This document shows positions 1-13,935 of a stretch of 64,000 nucleotides of DNA, piece after piece. This stretch comes from Eledone cirrhosa (Eukaryota), in assembly GCA_964016885.1 (NCBI GenBank), contig OZ024742.1, positions 64,666,001-64,730,000 on the forward strand. Reading direction: 5' to 3'. Position 1 is the first letter of the stretch; each line of letters opens with the position of its first letter. A program made the position numbers and the translations under genes. The notes under the pieces were generated by a model. That model did no database searches and was not told the DNA's origin. It saw only the letters and a program-made list of their open reading frames with translations.

Positions 1-2499
1 TTTCTCACTTTTACAAACAATAGAAGTAATTTTCAAGATGCAGCTTCCTGATTCTGAAAACAAAAACAACTACATATCTGTGACAGCAATAACAACAACT
101 ACAACATGAAACAGAGCACACATGCACACGAGGAAGAAAAGCATGAAAAAAAGAACTGTGTCAAATCTTAATTAATATTTTTATATTTTTTCTCTTCCTA
201 ACCAAAACAAACCATGGGACAAGATTTTCTCACTTCATGAATTCTTTCAACCTTTATTCCTCAATCTCATGTATGTAACCTCTATTTTAAATGTTGTTCA
301 TCTTATGCATGTAGTTTATCTATTATATTTGTACACACAATCGCATCAACCATTTCTGTTACATATTGACATATAAACATATACGTGTAACCTTTGACTC
401 ACACGGGGACAGAGCGAGATATCTCTTCTCAACTAGTTTGAAGTTTCGGAAAAAGCTATCGACCTATACTGGCCTCAAACACGACAAGCAGCACATTTCT
501 GCATTTCATCACATGTAACTGCATACAAATAGCTACAGCTTGTACTTGAGACTAGTCTCATCTTCCTGATTCACTGCGGAACTTTATTTTGGCTTTATAT
601 ACATGAGTTGCTCACAACTCCATATACTCACAGACCAACAACAATCCCTATCCCATAAGTTTCAAGCTCTGTATGTACATAATTTACATATTTACACACA
701 TAAACATATGCATACATTTAGTTCAAAAGTTTTCAAGATTTATTCACTGCACACTGAGCATGGGAAGTGTGTCCTTGATTTATGTGGAATCCTCGAGATG
801 ATTCTTCCCTGTCCTTTCTCACTGAATTGGTTTCATCGTAACAAAATATGCTTTTCAACATAATCACCTTGACTTAGGTGCAACTGCATATATAAATATG
901 CGACAAACCCGTCACTGCTTTTACTGTGAAACTAGATTCAAACACTATTCCAAACAGCCTATGGAATATCGGTTGTTCAGATACGCAGCCAACCATCTCC
1001 ATCCTACATTTATCAAATCATATTCTAACATTTTGTTACCTCTCCATCACTGCTATCAGTCACTGCTTCTGCATCAATCTGGGTGAGGAATATTGTAGTG
1101 AAATCTCTCCACACATACTGACCCCAAAATGACACCTGGCTGCTATTTTTCCTTATCTCAGTTGGCACCAGTGGTCTGGAGAAACCGGCCAACTTGAGTT
1201 TGAAGGAGATAAGATTTTTTTAGATCATTCCACTCTCGTTTCTTAGAAGAGAAGAACATCAATCCGAGTTACTCAAAGGGAGTTGTAGAAATGATTTCAA
1301 GCAGTTAAGATGTATCCACTATCTCACACAGACCCCTGTGGGCCTTTCTTTTTCTCTCTTTTTCTCTTGATCTCTCTCACTGCCAGACAATTAACCCATT
1401 ATAGAAAGACAGTAAATACTATATTTTAAATCATTACACACACACACACACATATATCACAACAAATCAAGCCTTGTTTTTATTACATTGTCCATGATAG
1501 CCTTGTAGCAGGCTATTAACTTAATAAATATATTTTAGTAACAATCATGTTTTATTTGTCCATTCATCGGCATACCACACAGTGCTTATATATGGGTCAA
1601 ATTTTACCTTATGCATAATTACCCAGCAAGCCAACAACAATCACTACTACAAACTCTGCCATGCTCAAATGAACAACAAACTCAAGGCAATTCCTTCCAT
1701 TGCTACATCTACTTTACATTCTATTGCCACTCAACTCACCAGCCACTTCACTACAACCACGGCATTACATATTCACTACACACACATATATACGTGTGTG
1801 TGTGTGTGTAATGAAATGTATTCACACATACTGACCCTGAATGGCATTTGGGTGTTATTTTTCTTTATCTCGGGTTGGTGTCAGTGGTCTGGAGTGGCTG
1901 GTCAACTTGAGATTAAATGAGGTAAGTTTTTGTTTTTGGTTAGTCCACTCTAGTTCCTCAGAAGAGAAAGATCACTTCGAGTTGCTCAAGCAAGTAAAGA
2001 GATGTAACGCTTAGCCAAAAAACTCCAGCCCTCTCAACAAAGGACTGACAGCAATTCTTCCATCAGCACTTCAATCATTCACAGTCTTCTGCCTCTACAT
2101 ATAGATAACACAGCTTCCTTGCCACTGTGAGTTTACTACTACCTAGGCTGGCACATACTGTCTGACTACATCTTGTCACTTTTTAATCGAACATGGAATA
2201 TTAAACATAGAGACTCCAGCACACCACAGAAGCCCTCTTTGAACACTATATTCATTTGTGGATGCTATAATCACACTTTATATTTACAATTGAAAATAAT
2301 CATATTTTTTTATTTTTTGCTGAAGTGAAGTAAAGTTATATATTTAACAAGAATTATTGGTATTTGTCATGTTTATCATTCTCTTCCACAACAACCAAAA
2401 ACAATGCCAATCTCCAATTCACAATCTAGAACCAGCAAATTGCTCAAGTTACGGAGTTTGTATATCTCGGTCACAAACTATCATCAAACAACAATGGAA

Positions 2500-2860
2500 T
2501 GGTCGCTGTGCAGTATTGCACATTCCAGAACCACATCATGAGACTTATGACTGGCAAGCGGCTCATCAACCGTATCTGTATCAATGAGCTGCTCAACATC
2601 ACCAGGCCAAGACCAATCACATTGGTTGTCAGGTCAAGAGTGTTTAAACTGTATGGTCATATCAAAAGATCAACTTGTGGTGTGAGTAAGTTATGACTAG
2701 AAGGAAAGTTGGCTGGTAAGAGAAGCAGAGATTGGCAGCCAAAACAATGGCTTGATAATATCAACTTATGGACTGGACTTGACCTTTGCTCTTTAAACTC
2801 TGCTGTTGGTGATTGAACTTTGTGGAGAAAAATATCTCATATTGATGCACAGTCTGCAAA
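2500..2860 (+). mobile_element. Old RTE-group LINE C-terminal remnant
   Basis: FKLYGHIKR...LEGK..GKRSR..QPKQWLDNI..WTG pattern with stops. Confidence 0.55.
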
Positions 2861-3091
2861 TGGCGGAGTTAGCATCTAGAACGAACTCTGATTCATCAAT
2901 ACAAACCCACATACACATAAAACACACATAGATATGATAAACACAAAACACATACACACACGATGTGGGTGCAAACGCATGCACAGACATGAAACACAAT
3001 AAACACACTACAAAACAAAGACAAGATGGAGTAAAAGTTTAAGACCAGAAAAAAAATGAGGTATAAAACATATAATCGTTGAGGAGGTCAC

Positions 3092-3131
<40 letters not shown>

Positions 3132-3279
3132 CAAAGGAAATGTGGTAAGGAACCAGATGGACCATAACGCACCAGAGTACTCAATACTTAGAGTAGTAGA
3201 GTGGGAAATAGGAAAAAGTATGAGTCCAGAAATAGCCGTCGAAACGGCTTGAGCTCTGCCGTCGGGGTCATACTTTTTC

Positions 3280-3332
<53 letters not shown>

Positions 3333-3355
3333 CTGTCTCTACCACACCAATTCGG

Positions 3356-3410
3356 ACTGCCTGAAGAGGTCACAGCCAAAGATGGCTGTCACCGAAATAT
3401 ATATAGCAGT
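3356..3410 (+). ncRNA. Type I hammerhead ribozyme (intact core)
   Basis: ACTGC-CTGAAGA-GGTcACAGCCA aaga TGGCTGTcACC-GAAA-TATATA-TA-GCAGT: perfect stem I, long stem II, palindromic stem III. Confidence 0.88.
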
Positions 3411-3454
3411 ACATCTTTAATAAACGAAGCCAAATTTTAAATATTTGACTTAAT

Positions 3455-3520
<66 letters not shown>

Positions 3521-3839
3521 ATGTAAGCGTGGAAGATGGACGTTAAACGATGATGATGATGATATATGTATATATATATATATGTATATATATCAATATA
3601 TACATATATGTATAAATATATATAGAGAGATAGATAAATAGATAGATAGATAGATTGGGAGTTACTAGTTTAGATAAGTAAGATCATGTTCAGCTAAGTA
3701 CCCGATACTTGGGAAAGTAGTGTGTATGTATAGGGAAAAGTTAGTGCTTGATGGCTGAGCTCATGCCATTTCAATGGCAAGTGGAAAGCAGTGTTGAAAC
3801 TGCATGAGCTCAGTAATTGAGTCATTGGGTACTAATGTT

Positions 3840-3887
<48 letters not shown>

Positions 3888-4018
3888 GATAGATCTACCA
3901 AGAGTTTACGGTAGTGTCCAATCCGTATGAAGAACTCAATGTAATCCGGATATCATGGAAAGAAGAGATGCAATGAAAAATCACTTTCGGTGAAAGATAA
4001 ACGGAATACAGAGTCAAG

Positions 4019-4452
4019 ATAAAATATTAAAAAAATAATGAATAAAACAATGAAACAGTTCCTTATATTAAACAAAAAAAGTTCATTATTTAACGATCGT
4101 TTCTAGGATATATATGTGTTAGAATTGGCATGCATATTCAACAGATCTATGTACAAAATTATACAAAATTATACAAACTATCAAAATTAAATATACATAC
4201 CAAACACATATATATGCCGTCTTCAGAAATAATGAAAATCATTTTCATTATTTCTGAAGACGGCATATATATGTGTTTGGTATGTATATTTAATTTTGAT
4301 AGTTTGTATAATTTTGTATAATTTTGTACATAGATCTGTTGAATATGCATGCCAATTCTAACACATATATATCCTAGAAACGATCGTTAAATAATGAACT
4401 TTTTTTGTTTAATATAAGGAACTGTTTCATTGTTTTATTCATTATTTTTTTA

Positions 4453-4461
<9 letters not shown>
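4019..4461. repeat. Perfect-looking palindrome, ~221-bp arms centred on 4240
   Basis: Left arm is the reverse complement of the right arm; mirror ORFs in the track; abuts (TA)n. Confidence 0.95.
4244..4398 (+). ncRNA. Type I hammerhead ribozyme with long stem II (mirrored on minus strand at 4082-4236)
   Basis: TTCATTATTT-CTGAAGA...ATATATATGTGTT/AACACATATATAT...GAAAC-GATC-GTT-AAATAATGAA; 10-bp stem I; base of stem II imperfect. Confidence 0.72.
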
Positions 4462-4541
<80 letters not shown>

Positions 4542-5267
4542 AAGCAAATTAGAAATGTAAACATGTATGTTTTTGAAATGGTGCGTGAGTTTGAAATTAG
4601 AAATTAGAAATTATAAGCTTTCACCGTGTACGGCAACACTCATCTTTTTCCATTTCTCCGAGGGTTATAAACCCCACTATCAGGCTAGAAATTTCTTTAG
4701 TCTATATATATATATATATTTATTTATATATATCTGTGTGTTTTGTGTCAGTGCATGTGCACTCATTAAAGCATATTTCAAAGATGTAAAATAAATAATT
4801 AATAAAGGTCAACTTACCCCATAAGGATATGTGAATGCTGATCGTAATGTAAGAAGGGTCCACAGTAAAAATAATCCACCTGGTTTCGTCATTGTGTCTA
4901 GAGATCATCGAGGTTACCTGGTGATTGAAATAGTTCATATATAATAGATATATATCATATATAATAGATATATATCATATATAATAGATATATATCATAT
5001 ATAATAGATATATATTATATGTATTATCTATCATATATATTATATGTAATAGATATATCACATATAATAGGTATATCATATGTAATATACATATTGTATG
5101 CATACACACACACACACACACACATACACACACACATATATATAGAAAGAGAGAGTGAGAGATAGAGAGAGAGAGAAAAGGTGAGATGAAAAAAATTTAC
5201 CTCTTAATTTTAAATCTTGAATTTTTAATTTTTAATTCTTATTAATTCTTTTTAATTGTAATACTCA

Positions 5268-5315
5268 ACATTTGATAAGATGAATTTTACTAATACATCG
5301 AAACCGGTAATACTT
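5268..5315 (+). ncRNA. Decayed hammerhead-like motif
   Basis: TTGATAA-GATG...CATC-GAAAC-CG-GTA; two core changes and weak stem I. Confidence 0.3.
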
Positions 5316-6390
5316 TATATAATTTATATACATTATAAAACTCCTTTTTAAAAGAATTGTCCCTCTCATTTTTTCAATAATGTTACTTTGACGAATCAAA
5401 ATAAGGAAAAAAAAGAAAATCAGGCCCTAAAATATATTTTCTGTGCTATTTTCAACTTCACCTTTTCTCTATAACCACTATTTTGTATAGAACCTTACTT
5501 CCCTTTTCAAATATATCATTATCATCATCATCATCACCGTTTTACATCCGTTCTTCCACGCTAGCATGGGTTAGATGGGTTGTCCTATTGTGGGCAGTGT
5601 CCGGTCGGCTGACCTTGTCTTGCTCAAACGGGAACTGATTCTGGCTTGATTTCTACAGCTGGATCCCTTCCTAACACCAACCTCATTTACAGTGAGTGCT
5701 GGGTGCTTTTTTGCCGTGGCGCCTACACGTCAACTTTACAGTGGAATGATAGGGATCCCAGTCCTATCATCTCATTTCTACAGCTGAGTAAACTGGAGCA
5801 ATGTGAAATAAAGTGTCTTGCTCAAGGAAACAACACATATATATATAAAGAAAGTATGTTTGAAATTATTGAAATAGAAGCTTCGCTGTAACATTGACTA
5901 AATAATCTAATTTAATTATTAGACTGTACTATTTAGTGAATGTTATGGTGAAGCTTCTATTTCTATTTTAATATATATAAAAGGATAAAGGATAAAGATT
6001 CCATAGCTGCTTGTGGAGTCATAGAGGCACCATCATACGGCATGTCTAGCGCAGTTTTAAACCTGGTGGAGCCCAATCCTATCCAGGTCTGAACACAGCT
6101 GATTTTTCTATGAAGGAAGAATTGACCCCAGTACTGGACTGGTACTTTTTTTATCAACTTTGAAAGGATGAAAGGCGAAGTTGACCATGGCGGGATCTGA
6201 ACTCAGAGCGCGCAATGAGGTGGGATGAAAGCATATATATATATATATATATAATAAATCATACACAAAAAGGCCAGCATCAACATTTTCCAAGAGATGT
6301 CAACATGAATGGACCTGTTATTTTTATCTAAAGACATTTTTCCCTATTCCAACCCGCCTGTCCCTTCAATCTATCTTATTTCTCATTCTT

Positions 6391-6426
6391 TCTTCTGATG
6401 AAGGACTAGCGTCCGAAACATTAAGA
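6391..6426 (+). ncRNA. Minimal hammerhead ribozyme (stem III decayed)
   Basis: TCTT-CTGATGA-A-GGAC tagc GTCC-GAAAC-ATT-AAGA; stem III reads like AACGTT after CpG decay. Confidence 0.6.
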
Positions 6427-6507
6427 CTTTCTTCCTGCTATATCAAGCCTTAACCTAATATATTCCTTCCATATACTGTACCGATTGTGTTGCTATTTCT
6501 GTTTACC

Positions 6508-6584
<77 letters not shown>

Positions 6585-7093
6585 ATATCATATGTAACAG
6601 ATACATCATATATAATAAGTATATATCATGCGTAATAGATATATTTTATACAATAAGTTTATATCATATGTAATAGATATATGTCATATATAATAGGTAT
6701 ATATCATATTCAACACATATATATCATATGCAATCGATTTATATTATATGCAATATATATATTATGGCCTTGGATATCCTTGTTTTTAGAATAGGCACAC
6801 CATAGTATCCCTGTGTGTCGTAAGAAGAAACTAAAGAAGTCAGCATCAGGAAGGGCATCCAGCTATAAAACATTGTCTCAAAATATCCCATTTAACCCAT
6901 GGAAAAGTGATGATGATATATATAACAGATACCATCACCATCATCATCGTTTTATGTCCATTTTCCATGCTAGCATGGGTTAGACGAGTTGTCCTGTTGA
7001 GGGCAATGTAAGGTCAGGTGACAAGTCTTGCTCATACAGAACTGATTTGGGCTAGGTTTCTACAGCAGGATGCCCTTCCTAACGCCAACCTCA

Positions 7094-8510
7094 TTTACAG
7101 TGAGTACTGGGTGCTTTTTGTTGTGACACCTACACAACCACTTTACAGTGTGGACTAGGTGCTTTTTGTTGTGACACCTACACAACCAGTTTACAGTGTG
7201 GACTGGGTGCTTTTTGTTGTGACACCTACACAACCACTTTACAGTGTGGACTGGGTGCTTTTTGTTGTGACACCTACACAACCAGTTTACAGTGTGGACT
7301 GGGTGCTTTTTGTTGTGACACCTACACAACCACTTTACAGTGTGGACTAGGTGCTTTTTGTTGTGACACCTACACAACCAGTTTACAGCGTGGACTGGGT
7401 GCTTTTTGTTGTGACACCTACACAACCACTTTACAGTGTGGACTAGGTGCTTTTTGTTGTGACACCTACACAACCACTTTACAGTGTGGAATGGGTGCTT
7501 TTTGTTGTGACACCTACACAACCAGTTTACAGCGTGGACTGGGTGCTTTTTGTTGTGACACCTACACAACCAGTTTACAGTGTGGACTGGGTGCTTTTTG
7601 TTGTGACACCTACACAACCAGTTTACAGCGTGGACTGGGTGCTTTTTGTTGTGACACCTACACAACCAGTTTACAGCGTGGACTGGGTGCTTTTTGTTGT
7701 GACACCTACACAACCAGTTTACAGCGTGGACTGGGTGCTTTTTGTTGTGACACCTACACAACCAGTTTACAGCGTGGACTGGGTGCTTTTTGTTGTGACA
7801 CCTACACAACCACTTTACAGTGTGGACTGGGTGCTTTTTGTTGTGACACCTACACAACCACTTTACAGTGTGGAATGGGTGCTTTTTGTTGTGACACCTA
7901 CACAACCAGTTTACAGCGTGGACTGGGTGCTTTTTGTTGTGACACCTACACAACCACTTTACAGTGTGGACTGGGTGCTTTTTGTTGTGACACCTACACA
8001 ACCAGTTTACAGCGTGGACTGGGTGCTTTTTGTTGTGACACCTACACAACCAGTTTACAGTGTGGACTGGGTGCTTTTTGTTGTGACACCTACACAACCA
8101 GTTTACAGTGTGGACTGGGTGCTTTTTGTTGTGACACCTACACAACCAGTTTACAGCGTGGACTGGGTGCTTTTTGTTGTGACACCTACACAACCAGTTT
8201 ACAGCGTGGACTGGGTGCTTTTTGTTGTGACACCTACACAACCAGTTTACAGCGTGGACTGGGTGCTTTTTGTTGTGACACCTACACAACCAGTTTACAG
8301 CGTGGACTGGGTGCTTTTTGTTGTGACACCTACACAACCACTTTACAGTGTGGACTGGGTGCTTTTTGTTGTGACACCTACACAACCAGTTTACAGCGTG
8401 GACTGGGTGCTTTTTGTTGTGACACCTACACAACCACTTTACAGTGTGGACTGGGTGCTTTTTGTTGTGACACCTACACAACCACTTTACAGTGTGGACT
8501 GGGCACTTTT
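7094..8510. repeat. 48-bp minisatellite, ~30 copies, inside a Ceph-domain element (6935-8640)
   Basis: Unit TTTACAGTGTGGACTGGGTGCTTTTTGTTGTGACACCTACACAACCAC. Confidence 0.97.
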
Positions 8511-10303
8511 TACCATGTCACCATTGTACCACTTTACCATGCAGGTTAGATGCATACTTTGGCCTGTCCTAATGGGAGATGTATGGGAGGGTGGAGTGGG
8601 GTGGTGCATACTGTAAATATGCTTCAGCTTCGGCCTGTGCCCGTGGGAAGTCGGGTCTTCTGTATTACTATATAATATATATCTTATGTGATAGATATGT
8701 ATTATGTGTAATAAATATGTTTCTCCTCCACATACACTATTTTAAACTTGACATATTCCTCTGACGTCTTGAATGTTTTTTTAAAACTTCACTCATTTTT
8801 CTAAACTGCACTATCAATATGTAATTATCTTTTATATGTATGGCAATATATATATGCCAAAACAAGACGATACTTCTGCAGATTTAGTAGTTTTATTAAA
8901 TGCATACAACTTGGCAGTGGATTGGCAGAATTGGTTGAGCTTCAGACAAAATGCTTTGATGCATTTGTTTTGGATCTTTATATTTAGAGAGAAGAAATGA
9001 GAAAGAGAAATAGAGGAAGAATCGACCCCAGTATTACACTGATACTTTTTTTTATCGACCTCGAAAGGATGAAAGTCAGAGTTGACCTCAGCAGGATTTG
9101 AACTCAGAGAGCAGAAAGCCACAACGAATACTGCAAAGCATTCTATCTGTAAAAAGGCAGAGAGTAGATACGGACTAGAGCTTAAAACATAATGACACAT
9201 ATTCTACATTATAATAAAATAATCAAATATTACATGTCGTGTATCTTTAAGCCTGTAGCTAATAAGCATTTATTAGGGTGATATTTGGATTCAGGACATG
9301 AAAATACATAAGAATCAAATAATTTCATTTGAGAAGCACAACTTTTCAAAAATTGTTGACCAATGCAATCAGACAGTAGGGCACCACCAAAGCAATATAG
9401 ACATTTCTTACTTCCAGCACATTTCTAAGTGAGACCGGCCACACTGCTTACAATCTCTCCTTGGAGGTCTAGTCCTAATCAGAGCTCAAATCTAATGATA
9501 GATGTATGTTTCCCATATGAACTTAATTGCCTCTCCAGTTGCCAGGCTGCAAGTTCATCAACTTATTACAGAGAATACATGCTCTCATCACTTCCTGCTA
9601 CTCCTCCAATAATATTTTCCTTGTTGACCACACAAGCCAACACATACATTACAAAATATGTCATATAAAAGACAGTAGAGAAATATGGAAGAAAATGTAA
9701 TATAATATATTAAGACCAGTTAAAATTTGGTACACAAAACAAAAACAAATTAAGATAAACCCACCAATACAGGAATGAGAAACCACCACCTGGGTAGGAA
9801 CAGGACTTCTTATGATTCTAACCCCTTCCTGCTTCAGTCATCTGCAAACTGGGTACTCCGGATTTAACTCTGAATATTTTTGAGCTTGGCTGAGCCATGA
9901 AAAGCTCCACATATAAGGGATTTTTTGCCTCAGCTATTCAAAGGCCCCTGGTATGCTCTTTATCAAACCTCTGTTATCTGGGAGCACTCAGTACATCTAC
10001 AAATTTGAGCATAATATTAGATTTTTCTTTTTAGGGTCAACGGTTGATAGCAATATTTATGGCCTGAAGATGTCTGTCAACTCGGCACTATAATGTCTTT
10101 GGTAGCTTTGATTATCGGATATATTGATGTAAAAGTCAAATTTTTTCAAATATATTTTTAGCATAAATTTATGGAGTTGACTATTACATAGATACTACTT
10201 TTGTGGGGCTGAAATTTACACTACAATCCAAAATACCATATCACTAAGCAGATGTCCAAATGAACTCTAAGTGAACAAATAACAAAAAAATAATGTATGA
10301 CAG

Positions 10304-10496
10304 TAATAATTGTTTCTACTTTTGGCACAAGGCCAGCAATTATCCAGTGCATTACTGGTACTTTATTTTATCGACCCCGTAAGGATGAAAGGAAAGTTAA
10401 CCTCGGCGGGATTTGAACTCAGAATGGCAAGGACTGTAACTCTATGCGTCAAAACATGGCGTCCGACCCTCTACTAATACTGCCAATCCACCGCCC
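10304..10496 (-). mobile_element. Meta/MESC-core SINE copy
   Basis: Reverse complement of the 43656 copy. Confidence 0.85.
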
Positions 10497-13400
10497 TATG
10501 TAATAATGCTGATGTTTCTACACATCAACATGCACTATATACTACCAAAACACAGGCTGTATAGTTCTTATAAATGTTTCAGCTCGTATACATCAGAATA
10601 TAATAGTGGAGAATAATTAATTTCCTCATTATAACATTTCCAATCCATTCCAATCCAGGATATTTTCACTCCTGTTGGAGAAACCCCTCCCTAGTTGACC
10701 TCCACTGCTTTCTGATTGATTTTTATTGTGTCTTCATGGGTATAGCCGTACTCACCACGCTTGAACAATTGCAGGTTGGTGAAGCTATTTAACACATAGT
10801 TGGGGTGGATGGCCGTTGTCTCTGAGGAGTTCATCTGCCCTTTATACAGTTTTTTTTTTTGTGCTGCTGAGATTTCACTTACCCTCCTCACTTGACAAGG
10901 ATCTGATGGGGAAGCCTGTTTAATCACCAACCGCTTGACCATGGAGTAGGTTGTACTAGGTTGCATAGCAGGCAGAAGCCTGACCTGACATTTATGTTCA
11001 GGATAATACCTTGTTTTGCAAATGTTGATTTGTTGTCTGTGAAGAACTAGAATCAACTTTTACATTTGATACATGGACCAAAAGTTAGAGGGTCAACTTT
11101 TACATGGGATTGATTTTTACATGAGTATATTTGATAAATCAACCAGGCTGTGTTATCCTTTTGAAATATATGAAATTCAGATTGTTGGAAGTACTTCCAG
11201 CTTCTTGCTGGTCTTTTGTCTATGTTCACTATTTTTTTAACACTGCCCTGTTCTTTTTTTTTTTACTGTTCCCCAACAATTTCCCACTCTTCTCTATTCT
11301 CCATCTCCTACATTCCACCACCACAAGATGATGGTAAGGCGCTACTGTTTGTAGTCCCTAGCCAGTCCCTTGTGAATTTTGCAGTGATAATTGGCAAATT
11401 TCATGTGCTCCCTGTATTGCTATAATTGAAAATATGTGTGTACAATAAATATGTCTAAAAGAAGGTTCTTTTAGACCTACGTTATCAGGGTAGACATTTA
11501 AATATTCTGAAATCCTTCACTGACATAGCTGTAAGTAAATACCACAAGGCAATTTGTCTGACACAGCAACAACTACACAGGGAAGAGGTGGTACCTATTG
11601 CAAAGGATGGGATATCTATTACAGAGGAGGAGGCGGGGGTGGTTCCTATTTCAGAGTAGAAGGAGGAAGAGGAGGGGGTGGTACCTATTGCCATCTTCAA
11701 GTCTTCTGGGATTGTCATAACAAAACAAATTATCCCCATGCTGGAGACTTTGCCCAAATACTTGTAATGGAATAGACTTTGTAAAGGCAGCCAATGGCCA
11801 AATGGTGATGTTGTTAAACCTGATGATGGATTAAGACTACTATCAAAGAATAGCAACTGTCCATCTGATGAACAAAGCTTTCCATGATTCTAGGATATGG
11901 TAGGTAATATTTGCTCAAGAGGCTGCACAGTGGAAAATTATCAAAGTAAAATTATTAAACATACAGATATACCAGTCATTTATGAAGTCAGAATAAATCT
12001 TAAACCTGTCCAGAATTGTCTCTCATACTTGCTGAAATTACAAAACAATGTCAGTAATTGACTAATAGTGATTTTTCCTCACTAGTGATAGAAAAGGAAT
12101 CCAGCCATAGAAATCTTGCCAAGCAAAGGGTTGAATAGACTCTTCAACTATGTCAAAGGCAAACAACTTCCCTAGTGTTGGTGCCATGATAAAATGCAAC
12201 TGGTGCACACTTTAGAGTGCAGTTACATATGTGAGATGTGGCTCCTGGCTCCATCTGCAAAATCTGTAGCACTGATTAAGTACTGACGTAGCCAGTGACA
12301 ATCTACCTAACCCTTGCTAACTGGAAAAAATGGACATTAAATGAAGATGATGATAATAATGAGATATTAAAGCTCCCTGTAATAAACATGTTTACATTGA
12401 ATGGATCATTACCTTGCAGTAGGGTGCTCAAATCTCCTCATAGGTGTAATCAACAATATCTTTTGTGTTTCTATCCAAGGAAAATGAAATAACTCATATC
12501 AGATAAAAATAGGTGAAAACTTCAATGTTTCACAAAACTTCAGTATTAAGTAAAACTTCCCAGAGGTGGATGATCAAAATCTTGCTGTAATAATGGAATA
12601 ATCAATATTCCCCTGCTATATCAATAGCTGAAATATTCTAATATCACTGTCACCAATATCCATACACATACACAGCTATTCTCCACTGGATCTAAGTGTT
12701 CACTGAATCACAAACAAATAAAAGAATGCTACAATAGTTGTTATAAAAAGCAGTTCTCAGCAATGTAAATAGTTCTAGATAAAAGGACTGAGACAAACTA
12801 ATAAGATCACAGATAAGATTGGATTGACAAAACTTTAAGCTGTACAAATATTCACTTATGTATTGAAGCAAACATCAAAGTCCTTCACATGAAAGTGATC
12901 CGTTAATAAACTACATTTCAAATGGTGTTTTCCAAAGACATCTTTGCTGGTTTAAGATGGTGGCTGGAACATTGGACTTAGCTGCCCTGTGGTAGTTAAA
13001 TCAGTGAACTATGCTTTTGAGTTCAAATCGCGCTGATGTTGACTGTGTTTTCCTATGATCAATAGAATATATACCAATAATATAGTTTAAACAACAGAAT
13101 AGACTATAATTTTCAGCCTACAAAAGCATCCTTTTACAGCATCGTACAAACAAATGTATGTTTGATGATGATGGTGGCCAACTCTTCCATTAAAAACAGT
13201 GGATGAGCACTCAGTTATTTGACTGTGCAAAGTGGCTGAGTATTTCACAGCCATGTCTATCCTTAATGTAATTCTCAAATGGAATAAGAGTGACATAACG
13301 TGACAAGACTGCACCTTTGAATTACAGTTTCCACACACAAGGCTTGGGTGGATGTGAGGCTATGGTACTTGACAGTCCCCAACATGTCATGCAGTTTGTT

Positions 13401-13649
13401 CGAACACCAGATTTAAAGATGGTAAAGTGAACTTCTTAACCATGACTATGTCTATATTTATATTGTTTGTGTGTGTATATATATATATACAATTTTTGGA
13501 GCTAATTTAAATGTCGAGTAAACTTGGCTGCTATTTTTAGTGGTATACGTTTATGAGACACGCTAGGTTCTGATGCTATGTACATTATTTTATATATGCA
13601 CACTATTCAGTTTTCTGAGATACTTAGAAGTGAAGAGTTTACTAATTTT

Positions 13650-13732
13650 ACACCCACTGATGATCAATAAGAATTGGTAATTCTCTTCACAATTAAATTG
13701 CGAAACAGCATCACCAAACACTGTCTGGGTGT
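13650..13732 (+). ncRNA. Type I hammerhead ribozyme
   Basis: ACACCCA-CTGATGA-tCAAT...ATTGc-GAAACAG-loop-CTGTC-TGGGTGT: 7-bp stem I, 4-bp stem III, GUC site; first stem II pair mismatched. Confidence 0.8.
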
Positions 13733-13935
13733 CTGGTAGTTACCGCAATTCTGGTTTGTATTTATTTTCTTGATTTATTCTTAAATTGAGTCTGGCAAAC
13801 CCTATTGTCCACAGTTAGTATCTTTTTCACCTTACGATTTGAACACATATATGTATATATCTGTGTTTATCTCTCGGAGAAATCTCTTTCCTTGAGCTAT
13901 TTAATTGTAAGAGACTATTTTGAGTTTCTAACTCA

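Noticed and set aside
7060-8616. Repetitive Cys/His-rich ORFs or a CRISPR-like array
   Set aside because: 48-bp tandem unit with no unique spacers, derived from a retroelement UTR; eukaryotic context, no cas genes
11050-11135. Pogo/Tigger-like terminal motif (also ~50795-50875)
   Set aside because: Only one degenerate end visible; no partner TIR or transposase
10064-11880. Isolated CTGANGA heptamers (about 10065, 10822, 11820, 11866)
   Set aside because: No downstream GAAA or helices; expected by chance
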